Source of the DNA: Abditibacteriaceae bacterium
Lineage (GTDB): Bacteria > Armatimonadota > Abditibacteriia > Abditibacteriales > Abditibacteriaceae
NCBI GenBank assembly: GCA_031372065.1
Contig: JANMKN010000079.1
Coordinates: 1-17,602, forward strand
Direction: 5' to 3'
DNA: 17,602 nucleotides
Positions 7,374 through 15,156 of the stretch are shown in pieces (position 1 is the stretch's first letter; each line of letters begins with the position of its first letter). A program made the translations under genes and the position numbers. The notes under the pieces are model-generated. The model was not told where the DNA came from and did not search any database. It was given only the letters and a program-made list of their open reading frames with translations.

Positions 7374-8792
7374 ATGGCGAATCCTTTTCCCTCACACCCG
7401 TGGCGCCTGCGCTTTGATGGTGAACAGGAGCGTGTCTTTCAGCAGGATTACTACGCCAAAAGCGAAAGAGTTCTGCGCTCTGGCGCCATCCTTTTTTTCC
7501 TGCTCAGTTGCGCTTTTATTCTGCGCTCCTTTTTTGGTGGCGAGCCACGTCCTTCGGCAGCTATCGGGTTTGTCACGGTGTCGCTGAGTGCGGTTATTTA
7601 TAGTCTCACGTTCCTACCCTATTTTTGGCGCTACTGGCAGCCAGCTACGGTGTTGCTGCTTATCATAACGATGAGTAGCGCCCTCGCCATGATTGCTACG
7701 GGGATTCAGCAAATCCCGGCATTGCCGACTCCGGTGGCGCAAGTTAGTTGGTTTTCGGCGGCGGTTATGATGATGATTGCCACCTGCGCCACGCTTCGCT
7801 TGAATTTTCGCTGGGCGATTTTCCTGTATATAAACCTGACTTTCGTCGGCATATTATGGAGTCTGCATTTCTTCGGCGCGCCTTTGCCTTCGGTGTTATC
7901 CATTTTCAGTTTGGGTGTCGCGGTTGACGTGGTTGCCATGACATTTTTGTCGTTTACCCACGAACGATTACAACGCGAATCGTTTTTGGCACATCAACGC
8001 CTCGCTGAAAAAGAAGCCGCCGAACGCAGTCGCCGTCAGCAAACCGAAACGATGTTGCACGTTCTCAGTCAGGCCATCGGCGGCATCGTGCATGACCTCG
8101 GCAATCCCCTTACTTCGGTGCAAACCGGCGCGGAAACGATGGAATTGTTCATCGCCGATGGCGACACCGACCCCGAAACGCTGCGTGAATTTCTCGACAT
8201 CATCACCGACGGCGCGCGAATGTTGAATTATCTCCGCCTATCGCTGATGGAAGAAACGCGCGTTCTGGAAGGCAAACCGATTCCCGTCGAGTTGAAACCT
8301 GTTTTAGTGCGCGCTATTGTAGAAGCGGGCGCGCGTTATCAAAAACCGAAGTTCGCCAGCGGACGCCGCATCGTTATTGAAGGAGAAGACGTGCGTTTGC
8401 TGCTCGACGAAATGAAGCTCGTCACCGTCTTTATGAATCTCATCGGCAACGCGCTCAAATACAGCGACGGCGAAGTGCGTGTCACATGGCGCAACTACGA
8501 TGCGAATCTACTTATTGCCGTGCAAGATCAAGGTTCCAAAGGGCGCGGCCTCACTGCCGAACAAGCCACTCACTTGTTCGTTCCTTTTGGCCGCTTAGAA
8601 GCACACGGCGACATTGAAGGCACCGGACTCGGTTTGCTATCCGTGCAAAAAATTATCGAAGCGCACGGCGGCGAAATCTTTATCGAAGGTGTAGAGGAAG
8701 TGAAGTTTTCTACAGCGCAAACGCCTTATCCCTCGCTGTTGGACGAAGGTTTTCGCACTGCCTTTGTCATCGCCTGTCCGGTCAGATTATAG
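7374..8792 (+). CDS. Membrane-bound sensor histidine kinase (HisKA + HATPase_c), orphan in this window
   Basis: About six N-terminal TM helices; H-box HDLGNPLTSV, N-box VFMNLIGNALKYS, G1 VQDQG, F-box LFVPFGR, G2 GTGLGL. Start ATG 7374 is preferred because ATG 7335 lies in the hairpin loop; start is uncertain. Confidence 0.9.
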   Translation: MANPFPSHPWRLRFDGEQERVFQQDYYAKSERVLRSGAILFFLLSCAFILRSFFGGEPRPSAAIGFVTVSLSAVIYSLTFLPYFWRYWQPATVLLLIITMSSALAMIATGIQQIPALPTPVAQVSWFSAAVMMMIATCATLRLNFRWAIFLYINLTFVGILWSLHFFGAPLPSVLSIFSLGVAVDVVAMTFLSFTHERLQRESFLAHQRLAEKEAAERSRRQQTETMLHVLSQAIGGIVHDLGNPLTSVQTGAETMELFIADGDTDPETLREFLDIITDGARMLNYLRLSLMEETRVLEGKPIPVELKPVLVRAIVEAGARYQKPKFASGRRIVIEGEDVRLLLDEMKLVTVFMNLIGNALKYSDGEVRVTWRNYDANLLIAVQDQGSKGRGLTAEQATHLFVPFGRLEAHGDIEGTGLGLLSVQKIIEAHGGEIFIEGVEEVKFSTAQTPYPSLLDEGFRTAFVIACPVRL

Positions 8793-10073
8793 TGCTGCTT
8801 CGGCGGCTTTTTCAGCCGCCGACTGTGGCGTTTTTCCATCTAACAAGCAACTCACGTTCATGTCGCCCATCACGTTGATCGCAGTGCGGCAGCGGTCTAA
8901 AAACCAGTCCACAGTCAGCAAAAGCGGAATTTTATCTACAGGCAAACCGACGGCGGTGAAAACTAAAGTCATCGTCACTAAACCAGCTTCGGGAATGCCC
9001 GCCGCGCCAACACTGGCGATAACCGAAGTCACGACCACCAAAAACTGCTGCGGCAAACTCAAATCCTGCCCGATAAGTTGTGCGATAAACAGCGCCGACA
9101 TCGCTTCATAAAGTGCAGTGCCGTCGTTGTTGAAATTGGCCCCGACGAGACTGCCCATGCCCGCCGATTGCTCACGCAAGCCCACTTTTTTCAGGGATTC
9201 ATAGGTTAGCGGCATGGTGGCTGTCGAAGAAGCGGTAGAAAACGCCATCACTAAAGCATCACGTCCGCCGCGCAATAAGTCGGTGGGCCTCACCCAACTA
9301 CCGAATTTGACGCGCGTGAGATAATACGTCGCTTGCAAAAGAAGCGCGACGATGACAGACAAAGCAAACAAACCCAGCGAATGAAACGCCGACAAACCTT
9401 TGGTGCCGATAATGCTGGCGACAATGCCGAAAATGGCGAACGGGATGATGTCTATAATCCAATGCAGAATGGTGATGAAGCAGCGCAGAATTAATTCGAC
9501 GATATCCTGCAAATTGCCAATCGGCGCATCTTTTTCTTTGCGAAACGCGATGCCAAACGCCAAAGCGACGAAAATCACGCCCAGCACTTTGCCGTTATCA
9601 GTCAAGGGGCCAAGCAAACTTTTGGGCACATTTTCCAAAAACTCAGCCAAAATATCCGGCTGCTTCAAAGCACCTTCGGCAGGCGCGGCTTCTTTGGTTT
9701 GCGTAGTTGTTTGCTCGGTGACTAATGCACCATGTCGGCCCGGCTGAATCACATTCGCCACCAAGAGGCCGATACAAATCGCCACCAAAGTGTTCAGCAC
9801 CAAAAGGCCGACCATCTTCATCGTGGTGCGCCCTTGCAACTGCGCCGTCATTAGCGCATGAACGATGGCGATGAGAATGAGCGCGGGCGCTAAAGCACTG
9901 AGCAAACGCAAAACAAGTTTGCTGGGCAAGGCCAAACCTTCGGCGCGCGGGCCGAGAATGAAACCGAATATCACGCCCAATATCAAAGCGCCGATGATGC
10001 GCAAATACAAAGGCGTGTTATGCCAGCGGGCAATCAAACCGGAATTTTCTTGAGGCGTCATGGAATCGCTCAT
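8787..10073 (-). CDS. Dicarboxylate/amino acid:cation symporter (DAACS, GltP/GltT family)
   Basis: Motifs AFSTASSTATMP (HP1), GANFNNDGTALYE (TM7), GAAGIPEAG (HP2) and VDWFLDRCRTAINVMGD (TM8). Convergent 6-nt overlap with the kinase gene. Confidence 0.93.
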   Translation of the reverse strand: MSDSMTPQENSGLIARWHNTPLYLRIIGALILGVIFGFILGPRAEGLALPSKLVLRLLSALAPALILIAIVHALMTAQLQGRTTMKMVGLLVLNTLVAICIGLLVANVIQPGRHGALVTEQTTTQTKEAAPAEGALKQPDILAEFLENVPKSLLGPLTDNGKVLGVIFVALAFGIAFRKEKDAPIGNLQDIVELILRCFITILHWIIDIIPFAIFGIVASIIGTKGLSAFHSLGLFALSVIVALLLQATYYLTRVKFGSWVRPTDLLRGGRDALVMAFSTASSTATMPLTYESLKKVGLREQSAGMGSLVGANFNNDGTALYEAMSALFIAQLIGQDLSLPQQFLVVVTSVIASVGAAGIPEAGLVTMTLVFTAVGLPVDKIPLLLTVDWFLDRCRTAINVMGDMNVSCLLDGKTPQSAAEKAAEAAL

Positions 10074-10080
10074 GCAGGCC

Positions 10081-10086
10081 AGTTTA
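10081..10086 (-). promoter_or_regulatory. -10 hexamer TAAACT 7 nt upstream of the DAACS ATG (leaderless-type)
   Basis: Minus strand reads gcTAAACT-ggcctgc-ATG with no Shine-Dalgarno sequence. Confidence 0.5.
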
Positions 10087-10154
10087 GCCGATTGATATTT
10101 CGAGAATTTTTCAAAACGAAAAACTGCGCGGTGCTTTTCTTGTCCTACCTTGCC

Positions 10155-11654
10155 ATGAACCGCACGCTTTTCACTTTTGCCGCACTGGGAATTTCAACAA
10201 TGACCTCATTTGCCGCGCCACAAATCAAAATCCCCGTCAACGCGCCCGCGCCTTATGGCGCCCTGCCCACCCCGCGCCAAATCGCGTGGCATGAAGTCGA
10301 AACTTACGCGTTTTTGCACTTCACAGTCAACACTTTCACCGACAAAGAATGGGGCTATGGCGATGAGTCACCCGCGATTTTTAATCCGACGAATTTCGAT
10401 GCCGATAAAATCGTCGCCGACCTCAAAGCCGCCGGTTTCAAAGGCGTCAACTTAACCGCCAAGCATCACGATGGCTTTTGCTTATGGCCCTCGAAATACA
10501 CCGAACACTCCGTCAAAAACTCGCCGTGGAAAAATGGCAAAGGCGACGTGGTGCGCGAAATTTCCGATGCCTGTCGCAAAGCCGGGCTAAAATTCGGCGT
10601 CTATCTTTCGCCGTGGGACAGAAACAGCGCCGTCTATGGCACGCCGGAATACATCACTTACTATCGCAATCAAATGCGCGAATTGCTCACCAATTACGGC
10701 CCGCTTTTTATGGTGTGGCTGGATGGAGCCAACGGCGGCGATGGCTTTTATGGCGGCAAGCGCGAAACGCGGCGTATTGATGCTTCGACGTATTACGATT
10801 GGCCCAACACCATCAAGATTGTGCGCGAATTGCAGCCGGAGGCCTCGATTTTCAGCGACGCCGGCCCCGAAGTGCGCTGGGTGGGCAACGAACGAGGAAT
10901 CGCACCCGCAACCTCGTGGCACACGCTGAAATTGGAAGGAATGTATGCCGGAAAAGCGGGCGCCGATAAGTTTCTGCCCGCAGGCCACCGCGACGGCGAA
11001 AGTTGGGTGCCCGCCGAAGCCGATGTTTCGATTCGGCCCGGCTGGTTTTATCACGCCCATGAGGACGACAAAGTAAAAACGCCCGCGCAACTCGTGGATT
11101 TGTATTACAACAGCGTCGGCCACGGCGCCGGTTTGCACCTCAATATGCCACCGGATCGACGCGGTTTAATCAACGAAATTGACGCGGCGAATGCCAAAGA
11201 ATTTCATCGCATCATCGCCGAAACGTTCCAGAACAATTTAGCCGCGCACGCAAAAATCACCGCCAGCAGCACGCGGCGCGGCGACTTCAAGCCGTGGGCC
11301 ATTTTAGACGACAAACTCGAAACGTTTTGGGCCGCCGAAGACGGCGCGACCAAACCGGAACTGACCATCGAATTAAAAACGCCTGCACGCTTTGATGTGA
11401 TTCAACTCGGCGAATTTATTTCGCTCGGCCAGCGCCTCGAAACTTTCGGCGTAGACATTTGGAAAAACGACGCCTGGCAGGAAATCGCAAACGGCACCAG
11501 CGTCGGCTACAAGAAACTTGTGCGCCTCAGCGCGCCCGTCGAAGCCGCCAAACTGCGCCTGCGTTTGAGCGCGCCGGTTTGCCCGACGCTTTCCACCTTC
11601 GGTCTTTATTTGCAGCCGGAAATTAAGCGCGACGCGCAAACCCTTCAGAATTAG
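10155..11654 (+). CDS. Alpha-L-fucosidase, GH29, with C-terminal F5/8 type C (CBM32-like) domain
   Basis: Motifs AFLHFTVNTF, TAKHHDGFCLWPS, YLSPWDRN, WLDGA (nucleophile Asp) and EADVSIRPGWFYH; likely signal peptide from ATG 10155 (MNRTLFTFAALGISTMTSFA); 499 aa. Confidence 0.95.
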   Translation: MNRTLFTFAALGISTMTSFAAPQIKIPVNAPAPYGALPTPRQIAWHEVETYAFLHFTVNTFTDKEWGYGDESPAIFNPTNFDADKIVADLKAAGFKGVNLTAKHHDGFCLWPSKYTEHSVKNSPWKNGKGDVVREISDACRKAGLKFGVYLSPWDRNSAVYGTPEYITYYRNQMRELLTNYGPLFMVWLDGANGGDGFYGGKRETRRIDASTYYDWPNTIKIVRELQPEASIFSDAGPEVRWVGNERGIAPATSWHTLKLEGMYAGKAGADKFLPAGHRDGESWVPAEADVSIRPGWFYHAHEDDKVKTPAQLVDLYYNSVGHGAGLHLNMPPDRRGLINEIDAANAKEFHRIIAETFQNNLAAHAKITASSTRRGDFKPWAILDDKLETFWAAEDGATKPELTIELKTPARFDVIQLGEFISLGQRLETFGVDIWKNDAWQEIANGTSVGYKKLVRLSAPVEAAKLRLRLSAPVCPTLSTFGLYLQPEIKRDAQTLQN

Positions 11655-11697
11655 TTTGAAAAGTCTCAAAAGTATGAGAATTGAGACTTTTCAAACT
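11653..11697. terminator. 17-bp perfect inverted repeat at the fucosidase stop, probable terminator
   Basis: AGTTTGAAAAGTCTCAA (11653-11669) / TTGAGACTTTTCAAACT (11681-11697), 11-nt loop, between convergent genes; AT-rich stem. Confidence 0.6.
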
Positions 11698-11778
11698 GAC
11701 TCTTCAAACCCAAGCACCTCGGCGGGTCATGGCGGGCCATCCAATTGGGAAAAACCATGTTGGACGGGTCAAACCCTG

Positions 11779-11883
11779 CCCCGAAACCCCAAAATCGGGA
11801 CGGGAAACTCAAAAGTCGGGACACGAAATTATGAAATCAGGCGCCCGACTTTCAAAACTGGGCTGGAGAATCGCAAAATCGGC
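11779..11883 (+). repeat. Degenerate 21-bp tandem repeat, five units plus a partial sixth
   Basis: CCCCGAAACCCCAAAATCGGG / ACGGGAAACTCAAAAGTCGGG / ACACGAAATTATGAAATCAGG / CGCCCGACTTTCAAAACTGGG / CTGGAGAATCGCAAAATCGGC, contiguous with no spacers. Confidence 0.65.
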
Positions 11884-11928
11884 CCGGAAAAATCGAACCC
11901 TTGAGTTGTTCGCGAAGTTGGTCAGTTG

Positions 11929-13233
11929 TTAAAAGGGTGCACCACGAGGGTTGTTATGAACCTTACCTATACCTAAATCAAGTTTCACCCGGTTATCGTT
12001 GTTTTCATCGTAGTGGAAGGGAAAACGTAGGCGAATATGGGTGACATCTTTAACGGCACTGTTCATCCACGGAAACAGATCAGAGCCTTGTGCCATCCAC
12101 CAGTTTTCGGACAGCCATTTGTCGTCGCCTGCGCGCTTGAATTCCACAGAAAAGCGACCTAACAAGCCATCCAGCAACGGTTTATTGAGGTCGTTCAGTT
12201 CAAAACGCGGGCGAATAAAGCCGTAAAAAAGCGGCGGCGTGCCTTCAAGTTCGGGCTGACCATCAAGCGGAGCGATGATTAAATATTGCGGAATCTGAAA
12301 GGGCACAGCATATTCGCGCGCGTGATGTTCGGGCACGATTTGAAAAGAGCCAACGCGCCCCAAAGCCGAAGTGGATAAATCAATCACGCCGCAGTGATTC
12401 GCGCGCACGCGGCCTACTTCGGAAAAATATGAACCCACAAAGCGCCCGATGCCGCCGACGGGCCGAATGACTTTAGCGATGTCTTTTGGCTCCTCGTCGC
12501 GATATTCCGCCGTAACGCGGCCATTATTTTTGTTTTCGAAGGTGATGGTGCTGGGATAACGCACAGGCTGTTCGATCAAAATCTGCCAAACATCGCCCAC
12601 GCGGGGAACATAGCCGTCTTGAATCGGCGCAAGCGTGCCATCTTTATCAAGTTGCACGCGGCTACCGACAAACGGCGTCCACAAGCCGCCGAATAAGCCG
12701 GTGCCGCCGGGAATATCGGTGCGCACAGCGGCATCAGGTGAAACGGCGGCGTTGGCGGCTAAGGCTTTATCGGCGCTACCGCCGACTTCACTTTGCAGCG
12801 AAACGCGTCCGGCAGCATCGTCCGCCGAAGGAATCAAACTCCAAATCACGCCGCGATTTTGCACGTTGTTTTGACCGGCTTTTAAATGCACCGCGTTGAC
12901 TGCTGTGGCCGCTATCGAACCAATCGGCGCATATTTTGCCGCCAAATACGCGTTGCTATTGACTTTCGCGCAGGGCAAAAGGACGTGACCAAACGTTTCC
13001 CAGTGCCCGCCGCCATCGCGCGAAGCTTCGATAAGTCCGCCGCGCTCGTTGTGAATGCGCACGCGGGCGATTTCTTTTTTGGCGAAGCTGTTTTGCAACG
13101 CAGAAAGGCCCGCAGGCACCGGGCCGGACGTTTCAGCGGGCGAGGGAGCTATCAAAAAGCCAAGCATAGTCGCGCAAAAAAAGACCGCGCGTGGCATAAA
13201 ACGACAAGCAAACTGTGTAAAAATGAGAGGCAT
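11929..13233 (-). CDS. Hypothetical secreted protein
   Basis: Long ORF with an N-terminal hydrophobic segment (RAVFFCATMLGFLIAPSPA). Start ATG 13233 is chosen from the upstream -10 spacing; ATG 13197 is an alternative. No family recognised; 434 aa. Confidence 0.8.
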   Translation of the reverse strand: MPLIFTQFACRFMPRAVFFCATMLGFLIAPSPAETSGPVPAGLSALQNSFAKKEIARVRIHNERGGLIEASRDGGGHWETFGHVLLPCAKVNSNAYLAAKYAPIGSIAATAVNAVHLKAGQNNVQNRGVIWSLIPSADDAAGRVSLQSEVGGSADKALAANAAVSPDAAVRTDIPGGTGLFGGLWTPFVGSRVQLDKDGTLAPIQDGYVPRVGDVWQILIEQPVRYPSTITFENKNNGRVTAEYRDEEPKDIAKVIRPVGGIGRFVGSYFSEVGRVRANHCGVIDLSTSALGRVGSFQIVPEHHAREYAVPFQIPQYLIIAPLDGQPELEGTPPLFYGFIRPRFELNDLNKPLLDGLLGRFSVEFKRAGDDKWLSENWWMAQGSDLFPWMNSAVKDVTHIRLRFPFHYDENNDNRVKLDLGIGKVHNNPRGAPF

Positions 13234-13240
13234 CGCCGCC

Positions 13241-13249
13241 AGTGTAGCA
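13241..13249 (-). promoter_or_regulatory. Extended -10 TGcTACACT 7 nt upstream of ATG 13233 (leaderless-type)
   Basis: Minus strand reads TGCTACACT-ggcggcg-ATG with no Shine-Dalgarno sequence. Confidence 0.55.
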
Positions 13250-13432
13250 AGCAAAGTTCAATCTTGTGCCTTGCGAAAACGAACTCTTTAGAAACGCGCG
13301 CGGCGAATTGCTTATAATTAAATCAGTCGTGTGCATAATATCTTCGTTATTCGCACCGCGACACAGCGCCAATTTACGTCGCACTTCTTGAATTGCGACT
13401 TCTCAAGACTGGTTTCAGGGAAGGTTTTCAAC

Positions 13433-15076
13433 ATGGCATTAAGCGCAGCGGCTCGCGCCGCACTCGAAAAATTTCGCACCCAACAAGGCGAAGGCCCCGC
13501 CGATAACGATGGGGCAGAAACGCCGCAGCACACTTACACGCCGTCCAATTACGCCGCCTCACAAACAGCGAGCGCCGCTGGCAGTGCCCCGGCAACAGCG
13601 CCATCCAACGCTCCTACGGTTGCGTCTCCCAGCACGCCCGCACCCGAACGACTTCAGCCAAAACCGGAAATTCGCACCAAACCGATGGGCACATCCGGTG
13701 GCTCTTCCTCTGGCGGGCGCGAGATGAAAATGTCGTATTTTACCAGCGGCTTGATGCGGCCTGAACAACCAAAAACGTTCAAGGAAAGTGGCATTTCGTA
13801 TCGCGTCGTGGAAAGTTTGATTTTAAAAATCATCAAGCAGGAAGGCCCGCGCAACGAACAGCAACTTTCCGATTTCATGAAAATCGGCGTCAACGTTTTT
13901 CGCGATGTCCTGGTGTCGCTCAACAAGCGCGAACTGCTCGACACACCAATGCCACTGCATTATGACCTGACGAACAAAGGGCGCGAACTGGTCACGCTGA
14001 TGGAGCGCGAAGATGGCTATGTCGGCCCGGCCCCCGTCGCTTTCGCGGATTATTGCGAAATGGTGCGCCAGCAGTCGCGCCGCGAAAAGCGTGTCACGAT
14101 GGACGATGTCAACGAAGTTTTCGCGAATTATCCGATGCGCGACACGCTGCGGCATAAGCTCAAAGAAGGCTTCAATTCGCAGCGTGTGATGTTGTTTTAC
14201 GGGCCACCGGGCAACGGAAAATCTTTAATCACCGACAATTTGCATCGCCTGTTGCGCAATCCGGTGGTGCTGCCCTACTCGTTTGAATTCAACGGGCGCG
14301 TGGTGCAACTTTATGATCCGGCATATCACAAATTGCGCGAAGATTTGATGCAAAGCGAAGAAGACGAATCGTCGGGCAACGTTTCGACAAGCGGCAAACC
14401 CGACCGCCGCTGGCTGATTTCCACCCCGCCTTTGGTCACTGTCGGCACCGAATTCAAAGTTTCGCACTTTGAAATCGCGTTCGACGGCCAATATTTCGCG
14501 CCACCGCACGTCAAAGCCAACAACGGCATCTTTATTTTTGACGATTTGGGTCGCCAAACCGAAGACCACAATATGATTCTCAACCAGTTCATTTATCCGT
14601 TGGAACAACGCGAGAGTATTGTAAAATTCACCGGCGGCTCGGCAATGCGTGCGCCGTTTTTGCAGCGCTTGTTTCTTTCGACCAACCTGAACCACGAAGA
14701 AATTCTGGACGACGCCTTCAAGCGCCGCTTGCTGTATCAGATTTTGGTAGATCGCCCGACAACGGATTTGTGGAGAACCATTTTCGAGAACGAAGCCATC
14801 AAAAATGGCATCAAGACACCTTTTGCCAAAGAACTCACCGAAACTTTGGTGCGCTGGTATAAAGAAGATGAGCGTGTCATCCGCGCCTGCGACCCGCGCA
14901 ACCTGTTCGTCATGATTGATGCCACGCTGCAAGAAGGACAAAACGCCGGCGATATTTTGGATATGACGCTCTTCCGCCGCATCTACGATATGTATCCGGC
15001 AGCCTACAAGCACGAAGCCAAATTCTACGTCGGCGCGATGGACTGCGACCCGAACTCGCCAGAAAAAGAAGAGTAG
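13433..15076 (+). CDS. AAA+ ATPase with winged-helix-like domain and disordered N-terminus
   Basis: GGGAAGG upstream of ATG 13433; Walker A GPPGNGKS, KANNG followed by Walker B IFIFDD(LGRQ), sensor-1 STN and Arg finger DDAFKRR; YVGPAPV motif; Ala/Pro/Ser/Thr-rich N-terminal ~100 aa; 547 aa. Confidence 0.9.
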   Translation: MALSAAARAALEKFRTQQGEGPADNDGAETPQHTYTPSNYAASQTASAAGSAPATAPSNAPTVASPSTPAPERLQPKPEIRTKPMGTSGGSSSGGREMKMSYFTSGLMRPEQPKTFKESGISYRVVESLILKIIKQEGPRNEQQLSDFMKIGVNVFRDVLVSLNKRELLDTPMPLHYDLTNKGRELVTLMEREDGYVGPAPVAFADYCEMVRQQSRREKRVTMDDVNEVFANYPMRDTLRHKLKEGFNSQRVMLFYGPPGNGKSLITDNLHRLLRNPVVLPYSFEFNGRVVQLYDPAYHKLREDLMQSEEDESSGNVSTSGKPDRRWLISTPPLVTVGTEFKVSHFEIAFDGQYFAPPHVKANNGIFIFDDLGRQTEDHNMILNQFIYPLEQRESIVKFTGGSAMRAPFLQRLFLSTNLNHEEILDDAFKRRLLYQILVDRPTTDLWRTIFENEAIKNGIKTPFAKELTETLVRWYKEDERVIRACDPRNLFVMIDATLQEGQNAGDILDMTLFRRIYDMYPAAYKHEAKFYVGAMDCDPNSPEKEE

Positions 15077-15097
15077 TCAGAATTCAGGAGCAAAACT

Positions 15098-15135
15098 AAA
15101 ACGCGACAGGAGAATTAATTCTCCTGTCGCGTTTT
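15098..15135. terminator. Bidirectional intrinsic terminator (perfect 38-bp palindrome)
   Basis: AAAACGCGACAGGAGAATT|AATTCTCCTGTCGCGTTTT lies between convergent genes and has a T-tract on both strands. Confidence 0.85.
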
Positions 15136-15156
15136 CGCTCAACTACTGACTACCCC

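Noticed and set aside
10146..10157. TACCTT before the fucosidase ATG as another leaderless promoter
   Set aside because: Only 3 nt from the ATG, too close for the usual geometry.
11779..11883. 21-bp array as a CRISPR array
   Set aside because: Units are contiguous and degenerate with no spacers, and no cas genes are present.
13378..13408. Pseudoknot-like pairing GTCGCA/TGCGAC and TCTTGA/TCAAGA in the AAA+ leader
   Set aside because: Stems are only 6 bp, the 3-nt third loop is probably too short, and it resembles no riboswitch I recognise.
1202..13432. ORF-track starts at 1202, 2511, 5125, 7335, 10020, 13254 and 13331
   Set aside because: Downstream ATGs have better RBS, signal peptide or -10 spacing and avoid overlaps with neighbouring genes or hairpins.
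14225..15013. 262-aa antisense ORF
   Set aside because: Shadow of the AAA+ gene.
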